Shown one piece after another: positions 56,318 to 64,000 of a DNA stretch of 64,000 nt. A program made the position numbers and the translations under genes. The stretch is from Thermodesulfobacteriota bacterium (GTDB lineage: Bacteria > Desulfobacterota > Binatia > UBA9968 > JAJDTQ01): the NCBI GenBank assembly GCA_965116635.1, contig OZ220710.1, positions 4,319,467-4,383,466 of the forward strand, written 5' to 3'. Each line of letters starts with the position of its first letter. Position 1 is the first letter of the stretch. The notes beneath the pieces are model-generated. The model was given only the letters and a program-made list of their open reading frames with translations. It was not told the origin of the DNA and did not search any database.

Positions 56318-56955
56318 GACTCGCCGAAGAATTTCTACTGCTGCACCGCGACGAGGACGGAACGCTTTCACGAGCGCCCGAATGGCTGGTCCGGTACGCG
56401 CTCGGCGGGGCGGTATTGATGGACCTCGCGTTGGAAAATCGCATCGACACCGACGTGCATCGGCTGTTCCTCACCGACCCGACGGAGGTCGGGGACCGTC
56501 TGCTCGATCCCATGCTCGCCGAGATCGCGCGGACCGAACAGGCCCATGACGCCCTTTACTGGGTCGAGCACGCTACCCGGCACGCCGACAAGATCAGGGA
56601 AGCGGCGTTGGCGCGGCTGATCGAGAACCGCGTCCTGCAGCCAAGGGATGACCGTTTCCTGTGGATATTCGGGGCGCGACGCTACTCGGTGGCGGACGTC
56701 GGCATCGACAGCGAGTTGAAACAACGTATCAGAGAGGTGCTGTTGAGCGATGTGATTCCGGCTCCCCGCGATATCGTCATCATCACCCTCGCGGACGGCT
56801 GCGGCCTCGTCGCCCCGCTGCTGTCCGCGGGCGAACTGGCCCAGGCCGCGCCACGGATCGAATTGTTCCGCAAGATGGACTTGATCGGGAGGGCGTTTCT
56901 GAACGCCCTGGAAGTGGCCGTCCAACCCGCCGCCGGCCGACTCGATCAGAGTTGA
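56314..56955 (+). CDS. GPP34/GOLPH3-family protein
   Basis: MRLAEEFLLLHRDEDGTL...ALGGAVLMDLALENRI matches the bacterial GPP34 family pattern. Its start overlaps the PiT stop. Confidence 0.55.
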   Translation: MRLAEEFLLLHRDEDGTLSRAPEWLVRYALGGAVLMDLALENRIDTDVHRLFLTDPTEVGDRLLDPMLAEIARTEQAHDALYWVEHATRHADKIREAALARLIENRVLQPRDDRFLWIFGARRYSVADVGIDSELKQRIREVLLSDVIPAPRDIVIITLADGCGLVAPLLSAGELAQAAPRIELFRKMDLIGRAFLNALEVAVQPAAGRLDQS

Positions 56956-57052
56956 TTCCGCGGGCCTTCCTTGAGGAGTTCTCGGAAGAGAAGGCTCCAT
57001 GGACAGACGAAAACAACCTTGCAATTATGGAATTATGTGCCATAATTACAGG

Positions 57053-58214
57053 GATGATTGAACGACGAGTACTCCAAAGCGTCCTCGAACGGCTCGACCA
57101 GTTTCCGGCCGTGGCATTGCTGGGTCCCCGCCAAGTTGGCAAGACAACATTGGCCGAAGCCGTGAGTGCCGAACGGGGAGGCATCTATCTTGACCTTGAG
57201 ACGCAGTCAGACCGTGAGCGCCTGTCCGACCCCGTTGACTATCTCTCCGGGCATGAAGACAAGTTGGTGATCCTGGACGAAGTCCAGGCGATGCCGGAGC
57301 TTTTCAGGGAACTCCGTGGCCTGATCGACCGGGGACGCAGCCGCGGCAAACGAGCCGGACGATTCCTCGTCCTCGGATCGGCCTCGATGGATCTCCTGAG
57401 GCAGTCGAGCGAGAGCTTGGCAGGGCGTCTTGCGTACGTCGAACTCCAACCCCTCGACGTATTGGAGATCCCACCCGACGACAGGGAAAATCTCTGGTTA
57501 CGCGGTGGGTTCCCGGACAGCTTCCTGGCAGGGGACGATGCCGCCAGCGCACTCTGGAGGGGCAGTTTCATCAAGACCTACCTGGAGCGGGACATTCCGC
57601 AGCTCGGGCCGCGAATTCCAGCCGAGACCCTGCGGCGCTTCTGGACCATGCTGGCGCACACCCAAGGGCAACTCCTGAACGCCGCGCACCTGGCCCGCGC
57701 TCTCGCCGTCGACGGCAAGACCATTGCCCGTTACCTGGACCTGATGGTCGATCTGCTGCTGGTGCGCCGCTTGCCGCCCTACCATGCCAACGTGCGCAAA
57801 CGCCTCGTGAAATCGCCGAAGGTCTACGTGCGGGACAGCGGTCTGGTCCACACGCTGCTTGGGTTGGATCACCGTGAGGCCGTGCTCGGCCACCCCGTGG
57901 CGGGCGGAAGTTGGGAGGGGTTCGTTGTCGAGAACATTCTCCGGTCGGCCCCGGAACGCACGCTTGCAAGCTTCTACCGGACCGCCGCGGGGGCGGAGAT
58001 CGACCTGCTGCTGGAGATGCCCGATCGAGGCCTCTGGGCCATCGAAATCAAACGCGGCCTGGCCCCCAGGCTCGAACGCGGCTTCCACCACGCCCGCGAC
58101 GACCTGAAGCCCGACCGCTGCTTCGTGGCCTATTCCGGGAATGAGCGCTATCCCAAGGCGGAGGGTGTGGAGGTTATAGGAGTTGAGGAACTCTGCCGGT
58201 CACTGTTTCCATAG
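57053..58214 (+). CDS. AAA+ ATPase of the AAA_14/DUF4143 family, paralog 3
   Basis: MIERRVLQ...LLGPRQVGKTTL (Walker A), KLVILDEVQ (Walker B) and a DUF4143-like C-terminus. An alternative start lies at 57026. Confidence 0.75.
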
Positions 58215-58418
58215 GCAGGCTGGGATCGCCTTCGCACGCCATGTTTATTGTTTAAACACTATTTCACTCCTGATCGATACAAAATAGTTATTCAGTTTCC
58301 GGTATAGTACTGCCCACGAGGCTGGGCGCTCTCCGACGTTCACATCTTCCGCGCCCCGCGGCTGACGCAACGGCCCGCGCCGATGACGCCCGCTTGTCCT
58401 GGAGAGGAGAAACAACCC

Positions 58419-59552
58419 GTGAAACGATACATGGTTTCGGTTTCGCTGTGCTTGCTGTTCGGTCTGGCGGTGTCGGGTTGCGGAGGCGGTTCCGGGGGAG
58501 CTACCCCCGAGACGGGTGTTCTGACGGGTCCTCACCTGTACCGGGACCTGGAGAAAACCCTTCCCGAGGTCCTCGACGAACAGGCGGATTCCGCCGATGA
58601 GGGCGTCATCCGCGAGTTCGTCGCTACGCGATCGTTTCTCCTGCTGCCGCCGAACACGTTCACCCGCCCCTTGCCTCCCACCTGGCGAGTGGACGACAGG
58701 TCCACCCTGGACTCCGATGCCTACATTTGGCCGGCGGTGGACGGCGGCCACGTCCTGCACATACGGGGCCGGGCCGGGCTCCGCGGAACCTATCCCTTTA
58801 CCGGCGAGGACGCGGCCGAGGGTTGGGGTGCGGACCCGGATGCCGATTTCATCTGGCCGGCCCTGTTCGGAGGGAGCCATCCGTCGGACGTCGGCATTCA
58901 GCATGACTTCGCCGTCGCCTACGCGGTCGCCGGCAACGACGGCGCGACGTTGCAATACGCCGCTTACGGCTGGTGGGCGATGGCTCCGGTGCCGGGCGGT
59001 GGAGCTTCCGATACCACCCGGACGCTCAGCGCCCATGGCGGCATGAGCCTCGGCATCGAAACGTTTCCGCGCGACATGCCGGGGTCGGTCGATTCCCCGG
59101 TCACGGCGACGTGGAGCGGCGCGGCCACCGGTCATGCCCAGGATGCGGACGGCCGCTGGGTGCTGGAGGGCGATACCGTCCTGACCGCGGAGTTGCAAGG
59201 ACCGTCCGGCAGAATAAGCGGCATGCTGGACAACATGCGGATCGCGCGCATCGATCCGGAGACCTTGCAAGTCGACGCGAGCACGGCCGGAGACTGGCAC
59301 GAGTTTCTGTTGATGGAAACTCCGATTGAGGGAAACGGCTACAAGGGCCGGCTTTCGGTCGTCGGCACGCCCGAGGCGGGCCCCCGGTTCTTTACCCCCA
59401 CGGGCGCGTACGAAGGCGCGTTCTACGGTCCTGAAGCCGCGGAAACCGCCGGCCAATGGTGGCTCATCGAGGCTTACGCCGATGTTACCATGGGGGAGAA
59501 GGTCGTGGTCGGCGCCTTCGGCGCCAGCAGGACGCCGGACTCTCAGCCGTAG
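58419..59552 (+). CDS. surface lipoprotein with TbpB/fHbp-like C-terminal beta-barrel domain (Lipoprotein_5-like)
   Basis: GTG start with a GGAGAGGAG RBS and a lipobox LAVSGC. C-terminal blocks YAAYGWW, VTATWSG, AAETAG, VVGAFGA. Confidence 0.6.
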   Translation: MKRYMVSVSLCLLFGLAVSGCGGGSGGATPETGVLTGPHLYRDLEKTLPEVLDEQADSADEGVIREFVATRSFLLLPPNTFTRPLPPTWRVDDRSTLDSDAYIWPAVDGGHVLHIRGRAGLRGTYPFTGEDAAEGWGADPDADFIWPALFGGSHPSDVGIQHDFAVAYAVAGNDGATLQYAAYGWWAMAPVPGGGASDTTRTLSAHGGMSLGIETFPRDMPGSVDSPVTATWSGAATGHAQDADGRWVLEGDTVLTAELQGPSGRISGMLDNMRIARIDPETLQVDASTAGDWHEFLLMETPIEGNGYKGRLSVVGTPEAGPRFFTPTGAYEGAFYGPEAAETAGQWWLIEAYADVTMGEKVVVGAFGASRTPDSQP

Positions 59553-59570
59553 GGTCGAACCGCCCGCACC

Positions 59571-59603
59571 GAATCCGCCGGCGCGCTGACCGCCGGCGGA
59601 TTC
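59571..59603. terminator. bidirectional terminator hairpin between convergent lipoprotein genes
   Basis: GAATCCGCCGGCG-CGCTGAC-CGCCGGCGGATTC forms a perfect 13-bp stem. Confidence 0.5.
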
Positions 59604-59618
59604 CCGGGATCGGCGGAG

Positions 59619-60977
59619 TCATTTCCTGGCACCGAAACCAAAGACGACGGCATTGTCGCTGCCATAGTTGAGAGTGCTTTCGAAAAGATATCCCTTGCCG
59701 GCGGTCTCGGCGGCGCCCGAGCCGTAGAACATCCCCGTGTACCAGCCCGCATAGGAGTCGGGGAATCGGGGGCCGGCAAACCCCTCGGGCAGATCGGACA
59801 GGACGGAAGCGTTGCCCGAATAAGCGCCGCCGTTCACGGCGGTGGATTCCAGCACGACCGTGTACCAGTTCCCCGCCTTGCCCGTGTCCCGCAGGTTGGT
59901 GTCGACGGACGCGGCGCGCGTGTTCGTGATCTTGCCGTTCACCTTTCCGGGTTTGGCGCCCCGCAAGGTTGCGTTCAACTCCACGTCGCCTGCCAGCACC
60001 CAGCGGCTGGATCCGCCCACGCCGACGCCGGTGGCGCGACCGCGCCAGGTCGCCGTGACCTCGGTGTCCGCCCCGGGCATGTCCGCGGAGGGGGTCCGGG
60101 TCCCGAGGCTCAGGCCGCTGCTACTCGCGATCAGACGTGGAGTGACCCAACGCGTCGGAAGGATGGCCCACCATCCATAGGCGGCGTAGTCCAGGTCCAC
60201 GCCATCGCCGGCGGACTTCGTATATGCCACGGCCATGCCGTGAGGCAGGTCACTGGATGATGGCAGCATTTCCAGGGCCAGGGAAGGCCACTTGATCGCG
60301 TTGCTCGAATCACTCCAGTCCGAAACCCGGTCAACAATGTGGTAGTGACCGTCGAATCGGTGACCGGGACTCGGTATTCGCAGCCAATGACCGCCGGCTA
60401 CGTCCGGGGCGAAGTACGACGCGTGGAACACAAGACCTCGCGGAGCACTTGACGCTCGCACGAGGGCCCGATCGGAAATGGCGGTTTCGCGCTTCCTGCC
60501 CTCTTCCTCCACTGTCGGCTTCGCCGCTTCTTCCTCCGCCCGCCTTGTTGCGGCCTCCTCTGCCCGCCTCGCGGCTTCCTCCGCCGCCCGCTTCGCTGCA
60601 TCCTCTGCCGCCCGCCTTGCCGCGGCCTCCTCCGCCCGTCTCGCCGCTTCTTCCTCCGCCCGCTTCGCGGCTTCCTCTGCCGCCCGTCTCGCCGCTTCTT
60701 CCTCCGCCCGCCTCGCGGCTTCCTCTGCCGCCCACCTCGCGGCTTCCTCTGCCGCCCACCTCGCTGCCTCCTCCTCCGCCTGCTTCGCGGCTTCCTCCTC
60801 CGCCTGCTTCGTTGTTTCCTCCGCTATCGGCACCGTCTCGGCCTCGACCTCCCGGTCAGGGACGACAACGGGAGGGATGGAGCCTCCTCCCCCACTGCAA
60901 GCCGCCACGGCGCCGCCCATCAGAACAGCCAGCAGGCAGCCAACAAGAATGCTTCGGGACCTCGCGCGTGTTGCCAT
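59619..60977 (-). CDS. surface lipoprotein paralog with (A/E)EAARRA tandem-repeat linker and TbpB/fHbp-like C-terminal barrel
   Basis: Lipobox GAVAAC and about 12 repeats of AEEAARRA. It shares the YAAYGWW...VTATW...AAETAG blocks with 58419..59552. The start is set at MATRARS, which has a GGAGAGG RBS. Confidence 0.6.
   Translation of the reverse strand: MATRARSRSILVGCLLAVLMGGAVAACSGGGGSIPPVVVPDREVEAETVPIAEETTKQAEEEAAKQAEEEAARWAAEEAARWAAEEAARRAEEEAARRAAEEAAKRAEEEAARRAEEAAARRAAEDAAKRAAEEAARRAEEAATRRAEEEAAKPTVEEEGRKRETAISDRALVRASSAPRGLVFHASYFAPDVAGGHWLRIPSPGHRFDGHYHIVDRVSDWSDSSNAIKWPSLALEMLPSSSDLPHGMAVAYTKSAGDGVDLDYAAYGWWAILPTRWVTPRLIASSSGLSLGTRTPSADMPGADTEVTATWRGRATGVGVGGSSRWVLAGDVELNATLRGAKPGKVNGKITNTRAASVDTNLRDTGKAGNWYTVVLESTAVNGGAYSGNASVLSDLPEGFAGPRFPDSYAGWYTGMFYGSGAAETAGKGYLFESTLNYGSDNAVVFGFGARK
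60478..60800. repeat. 24-nt tandem repeat (~13 units) encoding the EEAARRA helical linker
   Basis: GCTTCCTCTGCCGCCCGCCTCGCG-type units are visible on the plus strand. Confidence 0.7.
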
Positions 60978-61183
60978 ACCCTCTCCCCGATCGCGATACC
61001 TTCGCATCGCCCACCACCACGATTCGATTTCTACCCCAACCGTGGCCGGTGTTGGCGCACCACATTTCAAGGTAGTTCATTCTGGAATAATGAAATTTTA
61101 TCATATATTCACTGGTTTCTCATAATTTATAGTGCTACTGTCCGTCCCGACCGTGTGCTTCCAGCGCACGCGCGCAGGGGGCC

Positions 61184-61501
61184 GTGACGACAGCAACGGA
61201 ATTTCACCAAGCCTGCGAGCAAGTTTCTCAAGGCACCAGCGGCGTTGTAATGGACCACCTTTTGGTTGCGAAAACATATAAATTGAGTCGTTCGTTATAT
61301 TTCATTCGTAATAGTTACGCGCATGTTATTCCAAAACGCGTTTGTATTCGCCCGTCGGGGCGGGTGAAGGGCTCCGTTGGTGAATGCAGCGCGATATACC
61401 AAATATTTTATGTGATAGATATCATCAAATGCGATCTGGACACGAAAAATTTATTCGAAATATGGCATATCGTCACTTGTGGGTCTGGAGGCCGGCAATG
61501 A
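61184..61501 (+). CDS. hypothetical ORF in an AT-rich island; may be non-coding
   Basis: GC is ~45% against ~67% background, and there is no family match. Its stop overlaps the downstream ATG (ATGA). Confidence 0.2.
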   Translation: MTTATEFHQACEQVSQGTSGVVMDHLLVAKTYKLSRSLYFIRNSYAHVIPKRVCIRPSGRVKGSVGECSAIYQIFYVIDIIKCDLDTKNLFEIWHIVTCGSGGRQ

Positions 61502-64000
61502 CGATGACGGCTTGTGGATATGCTGTTGACGCAGGCGAGGGTTGCCGCCTGCGCGTTTTCTCCCGTCTCTTCCGCTCTGCCCGTGCGCGCGGGGCCGCCC
61601 TTCGGTACGCCCGGGGGTCGGGCCCGGGACTGCTGATGGCGCTTGTGCTCGCCGTACTGGCCGGGCTGACGCTCTTCGCCGCGCCGCCGGCGCTGGCGCA
61701 GCCGACCGTCAGTACGGCGACGGTGAACGGGGACAATCTGACATTGACGTTCAGTCAGAGCCTTGGAACTGGGCTCGCCAGCGCGGCGGCCTTTACGTTG
61801 ACCGCCGGGGACGAGGAGATAGCGCTGGTCTACGACGAAGATCAAGATTCTCCCATTTCCGTCCCCAGCCTAGGCTGGTTCGAAGCCAAACTTGAGAAGG
61901 ATGTGCACCGAGGCGTGACCGTGAAGCTGAGCTACGATCCGGCTCTGGTGGATTCTGGGGATGTCCCGCTGAGCGACCCGGGCGGCAACAACGTGGCCAA
62001 ATTCACCGACCGGGCGGTGAGCAACAATACGTCTGAACATCAGCCGCTGTTGGGGAGCGCCGTGGTGAATGGGGCGACGCTCACTCTGACGTACAGCCAC
62101 GAGCTGAGCACAGCTCAGAAACCCGCGACCAGCGCCTACACGGTTCAGGTGGGCGAGGACGCGCGGGCCGTCACCAACGTCCGTATCGTCCCGATGACGA
62201 AGAAGGTCGAACTGACCCTCGCCTCGGCGGTGACGGACACCGACACCGTCAAGGTCAGCTACGACAAGCCGGCCACCAACCCGCTGAGGGGCAAAGCGGC
62301 CTCCACCGACGCCCCGTCTTTCACTGACTACGCCGTGACCAACGACACGCCGGACACCACGGCGCCGAAGTTCTCCAGCGCGGCGGTGGACGGGAAGCAG
62401 CTCAAGGTCACGTTCGACGAGACCCTGGATACGGACTCGGCGCCGTCGGGGGGGGCGTTCACGGTGAAGGCCACCGTGGGCGGCGTGACCCGCAGCATCA
62501 CGGGCACGGGCACGGCGGATATTGCCGCGGCGACGGTGACGGTGGTGCTGGGCTCGGCGGTGCTGAGCACGGACACAACGGTCACGGTGGCCTACGTCAA
62601 GCCGGGCAGCAACCCGCTGCAGGACGCCGCCAGCAACGAGGTGACGGACTTCAGCGGCCAGACGGCGACCAACAACTCGGATGCGCCGGAGTTCTCCAGC
62701 GCGGCGGTGGACGGGAAGCAGCTCAAGGTCACGTTCGACGAGGCCCTGGATACGGGGTCGGCGCCGTCGGGGGGCGCATTCACGGTGAGCGCCACCGTGG
62801 GCGGCGTGACCCGCAGCATCACGGGCACGGGCACGGCGGATATTGGCGCGGCGACGGTAACGGTGGTGCTGGGCTCGGCGGTGCTGAGCACGGACACAAC
62901 GGTCACGGTGGCCTACGCCAAGCCGGGCAGCAACCCGCTGCAGGAGGCCCTCGGCAACGAGGTGGCGGCTTTCACCGGCCAGACGGTGACCAACAACTCG
63001 GATGCGCCGGAGTTCTCCAGCGCGGCGGTGGACGGGAAGCAGCTCAAGGTCACGTTTGACGAGAACCTGGATACGGGGTCGGCGCCGTCGGGGGGCGCGT
63101 TCACGGTGAGCGCCACCGTGGACAGCACGACCCGCACCATCACGGGCACGGGCACGGCGGATATTGCCGCGGCGACGGTGACGGTGGTGCTGGGCTCGGC
63201 GGTGCTGAGCACGGACACAACGGTCACGGTGGCCTACGCCAAGCCGGGCAGCAACCCGCTGCAGGAGGCCCTCGGCAACGAGGTGGCGGCTTTCACCGGC
63301 CAGACGGTGACCAACAACTCGGATGCGCCGGAGTTCTCCAGCGCGGCGGTGGACGGGAAGCAGCTCAAGGTCACGTTCGACGAGGACCTGGATACGGGGT
63401 CGGCGCCGTCGGGGGGCGCATTCACGGTGAGCGCCACCGTGGGCAGCACGACCCGCAGCATCACGGGCACGGGCACGGCGGAGATTGACGCGGCGACGGT
63501 GACGGTGGTGCTGGGCTCGGCGGTGCTGAGCACGGAAACAACGGTCACGGTGGCCTACGTCAAGCCGGGCAGCAACCCGCTGCAGGAGGCCCTCGGCAAC
63601 GAGGTGGCGGCTTTCAGCGGCCAGACGGTGACCAACAACTCGGATGCGCCGGAGTTCTCCAGCGCGGCGGTGGACGGGAAGCAGCTCAAGGTCACGTTCG
63701 ACGAGAACCTGGATACGGGGTCGGCGCCGTCGGGGGACGCGTTCACGGTGAGCGCCACCGTGGGCGGCACGACCCGCAGCATCACGGGCACGGGCACGGC
63801 GGAGATTGACGCGGCGACGGTGACGGTGGTGCTGGACTCGGTGGTGCTGAGCACGGAAACGGTCACGGTGGGCTACGCCAAGCCGGGCAGCAACCCGCTG
63901 CAGGACGCCGCCAGCAACGAGGTGGCGACCTTCACCGGCCAGACGGCGGACAACAACTCGGATCCGCCGGGGGTCTCGAGCGCGACGGTGAACCGGCGAA
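61498..64000 (+). CDS. giant secreted SwmB-like protein with tandem 107-aa Ig-like repeats (5' partial; continues past window)
   Basis: Signal peptide MALVLAVLAGLTLFAAPPALAQ (alternative start 61636). Six or more near-identical repeats read APEFSSAAVDGKQLKVTFDExLDTGSAPSGGAFTV...VAYAKPGSNPLQEALGNEV...VTNNSD. Confidence 0.65.
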   Translation, partial: MTMTACGYAVDAGEGCRLRVFSRLFRSARARGAALRYARGSGPGLLMALVLAVLAGLTLFAAPPALAQPTVSTATVNGDNLTLTFSQSLGTGLASAAAFTLTAGDEEIALVYDEDQDSPISVPSLGWFEAKLEKDVHRGVTVKLSYDPALVDSGDVPLSDPGGNNVAKFTDRAVSNNTSEHQPLLGSAVVNGATLTLTYSHELSTAQKPATSAYTVQVGEDARAVTNVRIVPMTKKVELTLASAVTDTDTVKVSYDKPATNPLRGKAASTDAPSFTDYAVTNDTPDTTAPKFSSAAVDGKQLKVTFDETLDTDSAPSGGAFTVKATVGGVTRSITGTGTADIAAATVTVVLGSAVLSTDTTVTVAYVKPGSNPLQDAASNEVTDFSGQTATNNSDAPEFSSAAVDGKQLKVTFDEALDTGSAPSGGAFTVSATVGGVTRSITGTGTADIGAATVTVVLGSAVLSTDTTVTVAYAKPGSNPLQEALGNEVAAFTGQTVTNNSDAPEFSSAAVDGKQLKVTFDENLDTGSAPSGGAFTVSATVDSTTRTITGTGTADIAAATVTVVLGSAVLSTDTTVTVAYAKPGSNPLQEALGNEVAAFTGQTVTNNSDAPEFSSAAVDGKQLKVTFDEDLDTGSAPSGGAFTVSATVGSTTRSITGTGTAEIDAATVTVVLGSAVLSTETTVTVAYVKPGSNPLQEALGNEVAAFSGQTVTNNSDAPEFSSAAVDGKQLKVTFDENLDTGSAPSGDAFTVSATVGGTTRSITGTGTAEIDAATVTVVLDSVVLSTETVTVGYAKPGSNPLQDAASNEVATFTGQTADNNSDPPGVSSATVNRR
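62340..63950. repeat. 321-bp tandem repeats (>90% identical), at least 5 copies
   Basis: Antisense track ORFs start at 62592, 62913, 63234 and 63555 with identical peptides, giving a 321-bp period. Confidence 0.8.

Noticed and set aside
56661-58214. 517-aa ORF as a single gene
   Set aside because: Its first ~130 codons overlap the GPP34 gene in another frame. Walker A follows soon after MIERRVLQ, so the ATPase starts at 57053 (or 57026).

Overview
This 64-kb window is gene-dense chromosomal DNA from a high-GC (~67%) bacterium that looks diderm: it carries an autotransporter, lipoproteins with lipoboxes and a Sec-exported giant repeat protein. Coding density is about 85%, and most genes are tightly packed or translationally coupled. 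No rRNA, tRNA, CRISPR array, integrase or transposase was recognised.

Identifiable gene content, in order along the window:
- An SDR oxidoreductase, an isochorismatase-family hydrolase and the thiamine genes thiE-thiG-thiS.
- A fumarylacetoacetate-hydrolase-family gene, DNA polymerase III delta (holA), an orphan coxS-coxM-coxG set and a c-type cytochrome.
- An ABC importer (binding protein, ATPase, fused permease) with an enolase-superfamily (MR/MLE) enzyme and an Asp/Glu-racemase-family gene.
- A complete classical menaquinone pathway (menF-menD-menH-menB-menA-menC-menE), translationally coupled to E1 alpha/beta TPP-dependent dehydrogenase subunits.
- An enoyl-CoA hydratase, a CoA-transferase, endonuclease III and an ornithine cyclodeaminase-family gene.
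- A complete Mo-hydroxylase medium/small/large subunit operon with an MFS transporter and two cupin dioxygenase-like genes.
- A PiT phosphate transporter with a GPP34-like protein.

The accessory layer is rich:
- At least seven copies of a palindromic MITE-like repeat family with terminal inverted repeats, including tandem arrays and one copy inside the Mo-hydroxylase operon.
- A low-GC island with parDE, a conjugative-relaxase pseudogene and a PD-(D/E)xK nuclease pair.
- A higBA module inserted in the men cluster, a decayed RHH/PIN module and a Fic-like pseudogene.
- Three paralogous AAA_14/DUF4143 ATPases, each preceded by a different structured AT-rich leader. One leader is a triple SD-sequestering hairpin array and one is an iteron-like direct-repeat array.
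- An operon of bicupin, an autotransporter with a novel Cys-containing triple repeat, and a standalone EutA-like ASKHA protein.
- Two convergent TbpB/fHbp-like surface lipoproteins.
- An AT-rich island in front of a giant SwmB-like tandem-repeat protein.
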